From positions 1-50,096 of the IMG/VR virus record IMGVR_UViG_3300046738_000023: a stretch of DNA of 50,096 nucleotides. The stretch is one strand, 5' to 3'. The stretch comes from a virus (lineage: Duplodnaviria; Caudoviricetes). The translations under genes and the position numbers were made by a program. The first letter of the stretch is position 1. Every line of letters begins with the position of its first letter. This document shows positions 18,179 through 27,680 of the stretch, one piece after another. Below the pieces are notes generated by a model. That model had not been told where the DNA came from. It did no database searches and worked only from the letters and a program-made list of their open reading frames with translations.

Positions 18179-19399
18179 TTAGCTACCGACGGGTGCCACC
18201 GGGTCCGTTGTCACTATCGCGTCCCAGGCCAGCGCCGCCCCCAACGGGCGCAAGTCCAATCGTGCGCGATCGACACTCTCACCTGGCTTCAGCCAGTTCA
18301 TGCGGCGTGCGCGTAGGACGAACTCGGCGATCTCAGGACGAGCCTCGCCCATGCCGTCTTGAGCCGCGAAGATGATTCGCTTTTCTCCAACTGCCGTGGT
18401 CAAGACAGCCAGCCAGTACTCCGCGCCTTCGGTCTCCCCCCTACGCGCCTCGTCCAGGGCCTTCGTCAAACCAGGCGCCAAGATGTCGTCGACGTCTTCA
18501 TGTCGCATGCCTTCGCCGGGGCTAACCGTCCACGTGCAGGTACCGTCGCTCGACAGCTGCACTTCAACCAGATCAAGACGGACGCGTTCGCTTGGCAGCA
18601 GCGCCAACTCTGCGATGGCGACGGTGTGTTCGGCAAGCTTGGAACCCTCACCGTCTCCCCACTCGTCGCCATCGTGCAAGAGACGAGTCTGGCCATTGGG
18701 CAGGATCAATACAGCGGCCGCGACCAACAGCGTCCCCGGCCCGCTTCGTGCCTGTTCAAGCATCGGCTCTTCGAGCATGGAACCCATGCTGTCATGCCAT
18801 CGCTTTCGCTCCAGTTCCGTCATTTCGACGATCGGTTTGTTCTTCCAGTTGGAGCTTGGTTGCTGCTTCTGCTTACTAGGCTTGGAACGCGAGGCGGACT
18901 TCGATCGCTTCTTCTGCGGGGCACTCAAGTCGATCTCGAGCACCGACCAGATCGATTCTATTTCGCACCCGCCGTTCTCGCCGTCGTGCTCGAACTGCTC
19001 GATCCTGGCGTTGCCGTCATAGTACTGGAGATCGCGCAGCCGCTCGCACACGCGTTCAACCACCTCCGCCAACGGCTTCGCGTCGATCGGCTTCTTCTTC
19101 GAGAACGAGAGCGGGAAGTTGATGAAATCAAGATCGATGTCATTGGCCGCAACGTTTCCCGCCAGGACGACGTGCCCAGGGTCCGTGGCCAGTTGCTCTT
19201 TCAACTCCGCAACTCCTTCGGACCTCGTAAGTGAACGGCACCGCGGAGCATCTGGATCACCGGACATGAGAACCCAGACGAACCCGTAGGTCGTCCCGAG
19301 CGTCCACAGATCCAGTTCCTCGTCGAACGGCTCGACGTGCCATGTGTCGGGACTGCAATGAGGCTCGCGGGGGACGTTACAGAACGAGATGGTTTTCAT
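18179..19399 (-). CDS. Hypothetical acidic protein (moron-like) with a tandem duplicated C-terminal domain
   Basis: AGGAG SD; extended -10 TGcTACACT at 19431-19439; codon usage differs from core genes. Confidence 0.75.
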   Translation of the reverse strand: MKTISFCNVPREPHCSPDTWHVEPFDEELDLWTLGTTYGFVWVLMSGDPDAPRCRSLTRSEGVAELKEQLATDPGHVVLAGNVAANDIDLDFINFPLSFSKKKPIDAKPLAEVVERVCERLRDLQYYDGNARIEQFEHDGENGGCEIESIWSVLEIDLSAPQKKRSKSASRSKPSKQKQQPSSNWKNKPIVEMTELERKRWHDSMGSMLEEPMLEQARSGPGTLLVAAAVLILPNGQTRLLHDGDEWGDGEGSKLAEHTVAIAELALLPSERVRLDLVEVQLSSDGTCTWTVSPGEGMRHEDVDDILAPGLTKALDEARRGETEGAEYWLAVLTTAVGEKRIIFAAQDGMGEARPEIAEFVLRARRMNWLKPGESVDRARLDLRPLGAALAWDAIVTTDPVAPVGS

Positions 19400-19448
19400 G
19401 CTGGTACTCCTAACAACTTCAGAATCCGACAGTGTAGCAGGAGACTGG

Positions 19449-21344
19449 CTATGTGCGCCGACGCGGCGACCGCTTGACGGGGGCAGCTTCGCCGCTCGCC
19501 GAGCCGTTGGAACCGTTGATTACCGCCGCCAGTTCGCGTGCCTGCTGGACCTCGTGCGGACCGCCGGAGAGCACCTTCGCCGCGAGTGCGGGCGCCGGTT
19601 CGGCGAGCACCGCGAGGGCCAGCGGGCGGGGGTCGCATGCCTCGCCACGCGCAAAGGCTTCAAGGAACTCGCGTGCCAAACGCAGCGTTTCCGCCCGGAG
19701 TTGCCCACCGTTGCCTGCATGTTGCCTGTGGCCTTGTAAGTGCTCGAAATCGCTTGCTGAACTCATGCTTCCTAAGCCGTTGGTCGGAGGTTCGAATCCT
19801 CCCGGGAGCGCTAAGGATTTCAAGGAGTTAGCCGACGAACCCGCAGAAGCCGCAGGCAACTCCTGGGCAACTGTTTTTGGCGTTCGTAGGCCGTGGGTGG
19901 TGAGCCGTGCAGCCTCGAGGCGTGCTTCGGTCGTCAGACTCGCGTAGCGCTCCTGCGTCACCTTGATCGATGAGTGGCCGAGGAACTTGGACACCTCCTC
20001 GATGGTCCACTTGCGCCCCCACGTGCCGCTCAGCAGGTGAGTCGCCGCGGTGTCGCGCATGTCGTGGAAACGGACCCGCCTCGACATCCTGAGTCGGCGC
20101 CACCACCCGAGCCGATAGAACGTCTGTTCGGGGTGGTCGGCCCAGCCCCAGTCGTAGCCCTCTTTGTACCGGGCCGGCTCGTGCACGGGGATCACTCGTG
20201 CCCTGTCCTTTGCGCGGTAATCGGCGACTTGGCCGACCGTCAACGCGAGGCCGGCTGCCTTGGCTCGATCGACAACCTCCGCATTCGACACCTCATCGGC
20301 TTGCGTGCGAACGAATGCGCGTTTGGCTCCGGCGCGTGGCCCGGGGTGGGTCGCTGGGAACATGACGCCAAGCGTCGGCTTCCCGCGCAGCGCCCACCAC
20401 TTCCGCAGAAACATCTCGGCACGCGGGAGGAGCTCCTGCTGTCGGGCCTTGCCCGCCTTCGGTGTCCGCTCCCAGCTTTGCGCGATCCGCCACGTCTTGT
20501 TCCGCCAGTCGACGCGCTCCCAGTTCATGCCGGCGAGCTCACCTTCGCGCGGGCACTGATGCACCGCCATCACGAACGCCGCGCGCTTCTCGAACGGCAG
20601 GTGTGGGCAGCGCGCTAGCATTTCGATGTCGTACTCGTCCTCGTACGACGATTCTGAAGCTGCCAAGCACAGCACGCATGAGCACAGCTTTTCGACGTCG
20701 TCGCCAGACAGGTACGTCACCCCCTCGTCGATCGCATCGTGCGGTTTCGCAATGGAGAGCCCGTCTGTTGGGTTGGCCGTGAGGTGCTCTGGTATGCCGT
20801 AGCCGAAAATGAGTCGAGCGAGCGTGAGCGCATGGACCTGGGTCTGCCAACCGACGAGCTCGTCGAGTTCGATCGTTAAGCGTTGACCATCCCTGCGGAT
20901 GCTACGGGCCTTCCGAGTCACGCGCAGCGTCTTGAGCCACTTCTTGCACTCGGGCCCGTCAATCTGTTCGACGGGCCAGTCGGCGAAAGGCACGGTGCGC
21001 AGCACAATGGACTGCCATCGGTTGTTCGTTGTGCGCTCGCTCTTACGTCCACGGAAGTCGAGCATGTACGCGTCGCCAAGTTGCCGGAAGGTGATGCCAC
21101 CAACACGATCGCCACGAGTAATCAGCGCCGCGTTCTGAACTCGCTTGGCCTTCTCGAACGCTCCGCACGCACAGGTCTCAAAACCACGCTTGGCGAACCG
21201 CGCCTGAGCGGGCGCCGGGCAACTGCATGGATAGCGGCCGACCGTCTTGTACTTGCGCTTGCCGATCGGGATGCGGACGCGGAACTTGCCGTCCTCGAAC
21301 GAAATCGATCCCAGTCCGTAGGTGCTCTGCTTTGGTTTCGGCAT
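19449..21344 (-). CDS. int: Tyrosine integrase
   Basis: R.GEL, TPK, FHDMRDT, LGHSS and ERYA catalytic motifs. Confidence 0.92.
   Translation of the reverse strand: MPKPKQSTYGLGSISFEDGKFRVRIPIGKRKYKTVGRYPCSCPAPAQARFAKRGFETCACGAFEKAKRVQNAALITRGDRVGGITFRQLGDAYMLDFRGRKSERTTNNRWQSIVLRTVPFADWPVEQIDGPECKKWLKTLRVTRKARSIRRDGQRLTIELDELVGWQTQVHALTLARLIFGYGIPEHLTANPTDGLSIAKPHDAIDEGVTYLSGDDVEKLCSCVLCLAASESSYEDEYDIEMLARCPHLPFEKRAAFVMAVHQCPREGELAGMNWERVDWRNKTWRIAQSWERTPKAGKARQQELLPRAEMFLRKWWALRGKPTLGVMFPATHPGPRAGAKRAFVRTQADEVSNAEVVDRAKAAGLALTVGQVADYRAKDRARVIPVHEPARYKEGYDWGWADHPEQTFYRLGWWRRLRMSRRVRFHDMRDTAATHLLSGTWGRKWTIEEVSKFLGHSSIKVTQERYASLTTEARLEAARLTTHGLRTPKTVAQELPAASAGSSANSLKSLALPGGFEPPTNGLGSMSSASDFEHLQGHRQHAGNGGQLRAETLRLAREFLEAFARGEACDPRPLALAVLAEPAPALAAKVLSGGPHEVQQARELAAVINGSNGSASGEAAPVKRSPRRRT
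19767..19811 (+). other. attP core: 3' half of tRNA-Arg(CCT), inside int
   Basis: Anticodon loop TTCCTAA, T-arm GGAGG-TTCGAAT-CCTCC and acceptor 3' strand; no matching 5' half. Confidence 0.85.
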
Positions 21345-21348
21345 CTGG

Positions 21349-21594
21349 CTACTTCCGGTTCAGCGCGCGTCGCGCCGCCGCCATGTCGAGTTCAGTGGGC
21401 TTGTAACGCTCAGGGGCATTGAGTGCGGTCTCGTACGCCCGAGCAGCGGCAGAGCGCGAGCTCTTGGCGCCTTTCACGCGCCGTCCGCGCAGTTCTTTCA
21501 ATACCTGGGTGAGTAGCCCTTCGACGCGAGCGCGCCACGCTGCGTCTTGGGGATCGAGCGTTTCGTGGTCTCGGTCCTCCGCCGCTCCCATCAC
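21349..21594 (-). CDS. Small basic protein upstream of int (possible excisionase)
   Basis: Position and basic composition only. Confidence 0.5.
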   Translation of the reverse strand: MMGAAEDRDHETLDPQDAAWRARVEGLLTQVLKELRGRRVKGAKSSRSAAARAYETALNAPERYKPTELDMAAARRALNRK

Positions 21595-21719
21595 CGCGCC
21601 TCCCCCCAGTCGGTTGCGTCACTGGCCTTGCAGACCGTCCACAGGTAGACGCGGTGCGGTAGCCGCAGGGCGTGCGCCAGGTCCATTGCGCGCAGCCAGA
21701 ACCAAAGGCGCGGGGTCAT
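21591..21719 (-). CDS. Hypothetical protein
   Basis: Start/stop overlaps on both sides. Confidence 0.5.
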   Translation of the reverse strand: MTPRLWFWLRAMDLAHALRLPHRVYLWTVCKASDATDWGEAR

Positions 21720-21976
21720 GGGCGGGGCTCCCTGTCGCTCGGCTTCACCTTTGGGTAGGCGAGGGCCATCTCTTCGGCCGCGCGCCATTCGAGCGCCTGT
21801 GCAAGCTCTGAGCGGTCATTCGGCTCACCCAACTCGGCCAGCACCTTCGCAACTCGGCGCGCGTCGTCGCGCTCGCGTTGGAGTCGACCGAAGGTCCACC
21901 ACACGCGCGCATCCAAGCTCGGCACTTCGAGTTGCCAGAATTCCTCGTCGGTGTATCCGTCGCTCATGGTTTCCAC
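21716..21976 (-). CDS. Hypothetical protein
   Basis: Coupled ORF in the early-left operon; GAGG SD. Confidence 0.55.
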   Translation of the reverse strand: METMSDGYTDEEFWQLEVPSLDARVWWTFGRLQRERDDARRVAKVLAELGEPNDRSELAQALEWRAAEEMALAYPKVKPSDREPRP

Positions 21977-22236
21977 CTCTTGAGCAGATCAATCCCGGCT
22001 GCGGTGACTGCGAAGCAGAGACTCTCGGCCATCGGCAGAGGTGAACGGGACATCATCAGCCCCCGTTCGACGAGCCCCTGGATAGCGGCCCAACTTTCGT
22101 GACCAGGATCTGCGCAGTAGTAGTTGCGATAGAGCCTGCTTCTCGACGCCCATCCCGTCGCGTGGGCCATGATGTCGAGCTGGCGCAGCGTGACCATAAT
22201 GGGCTCGTCCAGCGTGAAGTCTTCGGCGGCGCTCAT
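21964..22236 (-). CDS. Hypothetical protein, winged-helix-like
   Basis: YRNYY and LVERGLM..F.VT..G pattern. Confidence 0.6.
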   Translation of the reverse strand: MSAAEDFTLDEPIMVTLRQLDIMAHATGWASRSRLYRNYYCADPGHESWAAIQGLVERGLMMSRSPLPMAESLCFAVTAAGIDLLKRWKP

Positions 22237-22415
22237 ACGTCGCACCCAGTGGAGTCGGTAAGCGGCTCGTCGTCTACGATGAGAATCCCCTCGCAGTAGA
22301 TGCAGATCAGAAAAGCGTGCTGCCATGCATCGACAATGAGGTCTTCGCGAGGTCGCCCCTCGGCCTGGGTGAACTCGTCTGGGGTGAAGTCCGGCCTGAA
22401 GATTCGTTCGCTCAT
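22233..22415 (-). CDS. Hypothetical protein
   Basis: Coupled ORF; CxxC. Confidence 0.5.
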   Translation of the reverse strand: MSERIFRPDFTPDEFTQAEGRPREDLIVDAWQHAFLICIYCEGILIVDDEPLTDSTGCDV

Positions 22416-22615
22416 ATCAACCCCCGTCGAATCTTCACGGCGATGGCCCCGGCTACCGAACTCACGTAGTAGTCGTCAGCAATCTGCGCGCACCGCTCGC
22501 GCTCCTCCCGGCGCACGTCGGCGATGAGCTGGGCGACGTCCTCCGGTCCGGGTATAGCGTCCAGCTCAATGGAAAGCCGTTCCACCCGCTCCAAGTCCTC
22601 CTTCGTGTAGGTCAT
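22412..22615 (-). CDS. Hypothetical protein
   Basis: AAGGAG SD; ERERCAQIA motif common in phage early genes. Confidence 0.6.
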   Translation of the reverse strand: MTYTKEDLERVERLSIELDAIPGPEDVAQLIADVRREERERCAQIADDYYVSSVAGAIAVKIRRGLI

Positions 22616-22797
22616 GGCGTCTCCTTCGGCTCGGGCGCTCCGAATGCGTAATCGTTCAATCTCCACTCGTGGCCGCAGCCCGTGCCCGCTGCGTCATCAA
22701 CGCAACGATGGGTGTGGTGCAACCGCGTGGCCCACTCCCCCTCATCAATGTGTTGCTTGTGACAGTCTGGGCAGAACATCTGCAGGCGCAGCGTCAT
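22612..22797 (-). CDS. Small Zn-binding protein
   Basis: CPDC...H.D...H.THRC...CGHEWR. Confidence 0.65.
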   Translation of the reverse strand: MTLRLQMFCPDCHKQHIDEGEWATRLHHTHRCVDDAAGTGCGHEWRLNDYAFGAPEPKETP

Positions 22798-23459
22798 GGC
22801 GCCACCTCGTCCTCGTCGTGGACTGGACACGGCGAGTCGCCAGCTTCCCATTGGCACTGGCATCCTGGCTCACGCTCCGCCGCGTACTCTTTGCGACGCT
22901 GGTAGCTGTCGTAGTCGTCCTGCTCGCTTCCGCACAGCTCGGCGGCCGGCGCGGGACTCGGCTCGCTCGGGGGTTCGGCGTCATCAAGAAGAACAGCCAG
23001 GATTTCGCGCGCAGCGGACTCCAGATCGTCAACGAGGAACCGGAGCGCGTCAGCCACGCCACGTTTCATGTCCGTGAGCCGCTCCTCCAGCAACTCGCCA
23101 CGCGCGTACGCGGTTTCGAGCAGCGCTTCGGCGTCCAGGTGCCGATCCGATGCCCCGTTCAGCTCACGGATCCTCGACACCAATAGCTCCACTGGCCCAA
23201 CTTCTACGCCGCCCTGGCCTTCGGGCCGATTGACGTAGCCCAGCACTTCGGCCACCTGGAGGTAGTCCGCCTCGGCCTTCTCGGCGCGCTCGCTTTGCGC
23301 TGCGAACTTGCCCGCGTTCTGGCTGTAGCGACGCCGCCAGTCGTCGCGTTCGTCCATGAGCTCCTGCAAGGCAGTGGCCACTATCGTCTCGATGGCGCCT
23401 TCCGTGTCGCACAGCAGCACGCGCGCCTGCTCGAGCGCTTGCTTCGATGGCTCGGTCAT
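22794..23459 (-). CDS. Hypothetical coiled-coil protein
   Basis: Coupled ORF; C-terminal CxC...CPVH. Confidence 0.6.
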   Translation of the reverse strand: MTEPSKQALEQARVLLCDTEGAIETIVATALQELMDERDDWRRRYSQNAGKFAAQSERAEKAEADYLQVAEVLGYVNRPEGQGGVEVGPVELLVSRIRELNGASDRHLDAEALLETAYARGELLEERLTDMKRGVADALRFLVDDLESAAREILAVLLDDAEPPSEPSPAPAAELCGSEQDDYDSYQRRKEYAAEREPGCQCQWEAGDSPCPVHDEDEVAP

Positions 23460-23650
23460 GGAGCCACCGCGACCCGCCAGTCAGGGCGGTTGGTGAGTGC
23501 CCGCAGCACCGCGCGATGCGCAGCGCTCGTGTAGTACCAGCCGCATGCGGTGCATTGCGCGTCGAGCGATAGCGGTTGCCGAACTTGCAGACGCACGCCG
23601 AGCTGGCGGCAGATCGGACAATGCTGCACGGGCAGGGTGTAGGCGCTCAC
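23456..23650 (-). CDS. Small Zn-ribbon protein
   Basis: CPIC...CTACG; GTGA overlap. Confidence 0.55.
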   Translation of the reverse strand: MSAYTLPVQHCPICRQLGVRLQVRQPLSLDAQCTACGWYYTSAAHRAVLRALTNRPDWRVAVAP

Positions 23651-24027
23651 GGGTCGAGCTCCCTGTCGGCGCGCTCGTGCTCGTACTCTTCGCGCTCCTC
23701 GCGGGTGTTGGCGCTTGGCTCGCCGGGCTTGGGGATGTGGCAGTCGCCGCAGTGGTCGCCGCCCACCTGGCCGCACTGCCAGCAGCGGGCGTCGCCGTGG
23801 CCGTCGTCGTCGAGCGTGGGGGGAGGTAGCGGTGCGGCCGGCAGCGGCTCGACCTGGTAGCGGCTGCAGGTCGAGCACCGCCACGCAATGCGCTCGACGA
23901 TGCCGTGCGGGTGCACCTCGAAGCCGTCGATGCGCTCGTGCTCGCCAGTGTACCCGCAGCCGGGGGCCGCGCACTTCATGCGGCGGTAGCGGTCGATCAC
24001 GGGGCGTGGCAGGTGTTCGGACGCCAT
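23647..24027 (-). CDS. Cys-rich Zn-binding protein
   Basis: Four Cys pairs. Confidence 0.6.
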   Translation of the reverse strand: MASEHLPRPVIDRYRRMKCAAPGCGYTGEHERIDGFEVHPHGIVERIAWRCSTCSRYQVEPLPAAPLPPPTLDDDGHGDARCWQCGQVGGDHCGDCHIPKPGEPSANTREEREEYEHERADRELDP

Positions 24028-24030
24028 TGC

Positions 24031-25368
24031 TCACCCCGCCTCGGCGCTGTCTGCGATCTTGTCGTCGGGCACCTTCGCAAGCGGCTTGAGCGGGGAGGGC
24101 GGCGCTGCGCCAACGACCGAGCCGTCTTCGATGAGCACGGTCACCTCTGAGCCCTTGCTGACGCGCTCGATCCAGACCTGCGCCTTGGCCGCGGCTGCGA
24201 GTTCGCCGACCAGCCGCAGCCCGTCCTCGTCGAGCAAGCTACCGTCGCGGATGAGTAGCACCCGCAGCTTGGGGTTCATCGCCAGGCCGATCGCCACCGA
24301 CGCGCGTAGCTGCTCGGCACTCGACGCCTGGTCGAAGGGCACGCCGCCGAAGGTCACGCGGTCGTCGCTCACCGACAGACCGGTGACGGGGAACGTCGCC
24401 TTTGCGATCGCGGCGCGCTTCTCCTCCTCGACGGCATCGATGGCGACTTTGAGCTCGGCGGCTTTGGCGCGCCCCTTGTCGATCCGCGCCTGCAGCGCGG
24501 CGCGCTCGGCGTTCGCGCGCACCCTGCGGTTGGTCTCCTCGGCTGCAGCCATCTGGGCGTGGATGGTGTCCATGTCGGGAACGGCGATGCGCAGCTGCTC
24601 GTGACTGTCTCGCGCTCGGGCGAGCTCTTGCTTGACGGTCGTGGCGCGCTCCTGCTGCTGCTCGACCTGCGATTGCAGGCGAGCAATTTCGGCGGTCAGT
24701 TTTGTGATGTCCGCGTCGCAAGCCTGAAGTTCGCGCTCCTTGCGCGCTACGAGTTGTCCAGCCGATGCGGCACTCTTTTCGGCGGCTTGTGCCGCTCTGA
24801 GGTCGTGCGACAGCGCGGTGATGGACACCTCCTCGGCCGGCGCATCGGCGTGCTGTTTCATCGGCGCGAGCTGCCCATCGAGCTGCTTGAGCCCGCGGTT
24901 GACGGCGGTGCGCTCGTCGAACACCTCCTTGCTACGCGCGTCGAAGTCGGCAAGGTCGAGCCCCACGAGCTTGCACAGCACGTCGAACTGCTCGGCGGTG
25001 TCGAGCCGGCTGAACGAAAGCGGGTCGAACGACAGCTGCCCGACCAGCTTGTCCAACATCGTTTGCGGGCTGCTGTAGATCGCACCGTCTTTGCTCTCGA
25101 CGCTGAGGTGCGTCTTGCCATCAGCGGTGAAAGAGCGACGCACGATGATGTCGCCGAGGTCGCAAACGATGTGCGCCTCCTCCTGGCCGTCGCGCACTGG
25201 CTTGGACGGCGCGGAGCGCTTGCCCCCGAGGGCCATCTCGATGCTGTCGAGCACTGAGCTCTTGCCCTGGCCGTTGCGTCCGCCGACCACGACAAGCTCG
25301 CCGGTCGGAGTGATCTGCACGACCTTCAAGCGCTTCACGTTCTCGGATTCGAGGCGAAGGATTCTCAT
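24031..25368 (-). CDS. SMC/RecN-like ATPase
   Basis: Walker A GRNGQGKS, long coiled coil, SSAEQ signature, IRDGSLLD. Confidence 0.85.
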   Translation of the reverse strand: MRILRLESENVKRLKVVQITPTGELVVVGGRNGQGKSSVLDSIEMALGGKRSAPSKPVRDGQEEAHIVCDLGDIIVRRSFTADGKTHLSVESKDGAIYSSPQTMLDKLVGQLSFDPLSFSRLDTAEQFDVLCKLVGLDLADFDARSKEVFDERTAVNRGLKQLDGQLAPMKQHADAPAEEVSITALSHDLRAAQAAEKSAASAGQLVARKERELQACDADITKLTAEIARLQSQVEQQQERATTVKQELARARDSHEQLRIAVPDMDTIHAQMAAAEETNRRVRANAERAALQARIDKGRAKAAELKVAIDAVEEEKRAAIAKATFPVTGLSVSDDRVTFGGVPFDQASSAEQLRASVAIGLAMNPKLRVLLIRDGSLLDEDGLRLVGELAAAAKAQVWIERVSKGSEVTVLIEDGSVVGAAPPSPLKPLAKVPDDKIADSAEAG

Positions 25369-26033
25369 GGCGTTGTCGTCTCCTGTTTGGGTTGCCGAGC
25401 GAGCCAGCTGTGGAAGTCGGCCCAGCGCTTCGCTTCCTCAAGGCGCGTCCACCGCAGCAGGTCGCCGATGGTGGGGCGACGCTCGAACACTTGCGGCAGC
25501 AGCACGTGGAAGAGCTCGCCAGCCGCTCGAGCGTCGGCCTCGGCGCTGTGGGCATTGTCGAGCCGCACCTCGTGGCGCTTGCACGACGCTTCGAGCTTGT
25601 GCCGCCCCGGCCCCTTGGCGAACTTGTCGACGACCGCCACGAGCACCATTGCGTCGAGCCACGGCCACGTCCAGTCGGCGAGCGCGGACGGTGGGCAGAA
25701 CCACTTATCGAACGGAGAATTATACGCGCCCGGCTGCGCGCAGCTGAGCAGCGTCTTGGTCATGGCCGACGCGAAGAACTCCTCGAGGCGCGGCTTGTCG
25801 GCGACGTCAATGTCCCGAATGCCGTGCACCGCGGTGGCCGCTTCGGGGATGGGCCGGCCCGGGTTGATCCGTGAGCCGTAGCCCGATCGGTACCGCCCAT
25901 GCTCGAACCGCGCGATGCCCACCTCGACGACCCGGTCGACGCCCGGCACCACCCCGGTGGTCTCGAAGTCGATGAAGACCAGCGGCACGGAGTCCCACGG
26001 CGCGTGGTACGGCACGGGCTGGCTCGCCATCAC
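25365..26033 (-). CDS. DEDDh 3'-5' exonuclease (DnaQ-like)
   Basis: IDFETTG, YN..FD and AHSAEADA motifs. Confidence 0.9.
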   Translation of the reverse strand: MMASQPVPYHAPWDSVPLVFIDFETTGVVPGVDRVVEVGIARFEHGRYRSGYGSRINPGRPIPEAATAVHGIRDIDVADKPRLEEFFASAMTKTLLSCAQPGAYNSPFDKWFCPPSALADWTWPWLDAMVLVAVVDKFAKGPGRHKLEASCKRHEVRLDNAHSAEADARAAGELFHVLLPQVFERRPTIGDLLRWTRLEEAKRWADFHSWLARQPKQETTTP

Positions 26034-26809
26034 GCAGCCTCGCCGCTTTCCGGCTCGTCAGCGAACTCCAGCTCGAGCTCCTCCTCGATGTCCCAGGTGA
26101 CAACGCTCTGCACGTAGCCGGGGAAATACCCGGCGGCCTCGCAGCTGCGCAGCCGCTCAAGCCAGAGCCGGATCGCCCGGTCGCCCATCTCGAGGCAGTT
26201 CTCCGTCATCTGGAACACCACCACCGGGTGCGGCGGCGCGGCCTCGACGGCGATCACGTAGCCGTCGCGCTTCGTCGGGACGCCCGCGGCAATGCACGCC
26301 TGCAGGTAGAACGCGAGCTGCCCGTGGTAGAGCATGCGCGTCGCGTGCCTCATGAACTGTTCGGGCTCGCTCGTCTGGCACGTCTTGAGGTCGGCGATCC
26401 AATCGGCGTGGCGCGCGTCGGGCGTGGCGCGAATGTGCTTGCCGTTCCAGTCCGTGCGCAGCGTCTGCTCGTACACGACACCCGGCGCGTAGAGCAGCTC
26501 CTTGGCGCGCTCGTCGCTCCACACCGCTTCGGCCATGCCCATGACCTTCTCGTACGCGGCGCCGGTGAGGATGTGCTTGCCCTGGTTGTCAGCCTCGAAC
26601 GCCTCCCACACCTTGCCGCTGCGCACCTTGCCCGGGAACGCCACCACCGGACCGGTGCCGAGCACAACCGCGTGCAGCGCCGAGCCGCGCTCCATGGCCT
26701 CGGTGGGCTGCGCGTCGTGGGTGCGTGCCTCCAAGTAATGCGCCGGCGACTTGGCGAACTTGCTGAGCTGGCTGTACCGCAGCGGGTGGTCGACGGTGAT
26801 CTCAAACAT
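26030..26809 (-). CDS. PD-(D/E)XK exonuclease, RecE/DUF3799-like
   Basis: SPAHY, GSALH, ATPD, DLKT and YHGQLAFY motifs; GGAGG SD. Confidence 0.85.
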   Translation of the reverse strand: MFEITVDHPLRYSQLSKFAKSPAHYLEARTHDAQPTEAMERGSALHAVVLGTGPVVAFPGKVRSGKVWEAFEADNQGKHILTGAAYEKVMGMAEAVWSDERAKELLYAPGVVYEQTLRTDWNGKHIRATPDARHADWIADLKTCQTSEPEQFMRHATRMLYHGQLAFYLQACIAAGVPTKRDGYVIAVEAAPPHPVVVFQMTENCLEMGDRAIRLWLERLRSCEAAGYFPGYVQSVVTWDIEEELELEFADEPESGEAA

Positions 26810-27275
26810 GGGCGTCCTCCTCGTCGGGTTCCGGTTCGTCGTCGTCGGGCGGTTCGTCGTCGTCGTCGTCGGGCGGTTCGAGGGCTTGCGGATCGGGCTC
26901 GAGCGTGGGCTCGGCCGGCGCGGCTTGCTTCCCATTGCCGTTGCGCCGCTTGGCCGCTGCCGGGATCTGCGGCCGCACCCGGATGCAGTCGTGCGTCTTG
27001 CCGCCCATCTCGGTGGTGGTGGGGTAGAGCGTGATCGCCTTACCGATCCACTTGGCCGTGTCGGTGCCGTACATGCCGGCGATGATCTTGCAGTTCGTTT
27101 TGTTGGCGGCGAAGCCCTTGTCCTTGCCCTCGAAGTACACGATCGGCTTTTTGGTTTTGCGGCCGCCCTCGCCGACGAGCTCGCCCGCAGTGACGCGTGC
27201 GATGATGACCGTGACGTCGCGCGGCAGGTCCCATGCCCCGATGTACTCGCGGTCGAACATAGCTCTGTAATCCAC
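26802..27275 (-). CDS. Putative ssDNA-binding / recombination partner with acidic tail
   Basis: NKTN..I...YG....WIGK.ITLY; Asp/Glu-rich C-terminus; adjacent to the exonuclease. Confidence 0.6.
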   Translation of the reverse strand: MDYRAMFDREYIGAWDLPRDVTVIIARVTAGELVGEGGRKTKKPIVYFEGKDKGFAANKTNCKIIAGMYGTDTAKWIGKAITLYPTTTEMGGKTHDCIRVRPQIPAAAKRRNGNGKQAAPAEPTLEPDPQALEPPDDDDDEPPDDDEPEPDEEDAHV

Positions 27276-27279
27276 GTGT

Positions 27280-27498
27280 CTACTCCCTTTCCTTGGCAAC
27301 GAGGTGCAGCGGCCGGCCCAGCCGGAACGCCGTGGGCGAAACGATCGAACGCGGCCAGCGCCGGTGCGTGCGTGCCGCGACCGACGCGCGGAGCTGGCAC
27401 TCGAGGCAGCCGCGCGAGGCGATGGCGCTGAGCACGGCGCGCAGCTCGCGGAGCTCGCCCGGGTACTCCTCGCGCTCGAGCTCGGCGGGATCGTTCAT
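27280..27498 (-). CDS. Hypothetical protein
   Basis: AAGGAG SD; coupled. Confidence 0.5.
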   Translation of the reverse strand: MNDPAELEREEYPGELRELRAVLSAIASRGCLECQLRASVAARTHRRWPRSIVSPTAFRLGRPLHLVAKERE

Positions 27499-27680
27499 GG
27501 GCCATTCTCCTTGCAGGCGGCGAGCTCAATCTCGAGCTCTTCGATCCGGCGGTCGCGCAGCGCGATCTCAGTCTCGAGCTGCTCGATCACCTGCTCGCAG
27601 TGCTCGTGCGGATCGGGCAGCTCGGGGCCGTCGCCCGGCGGCGTGCACTTCCACTGATCGTACGAGAGGCCAGCGATCAC
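27495..27680 (-). CDS. Hypothetical protein
   Basis: YD.WK..PP motif plus coiled coil. Confidence 0.55.
   Translation of the reverse strand: MIAGLSYDQWKCTPPGDGPELPDPHEHCEQVIEQLETEIALRDRRIEELEIELAACKENGP

Noticed and set aside
19767-19811. Functional tRNA-Arg gene
   Set aside because: Only the anticodon loop to the 3' end is present; better explained as an att core
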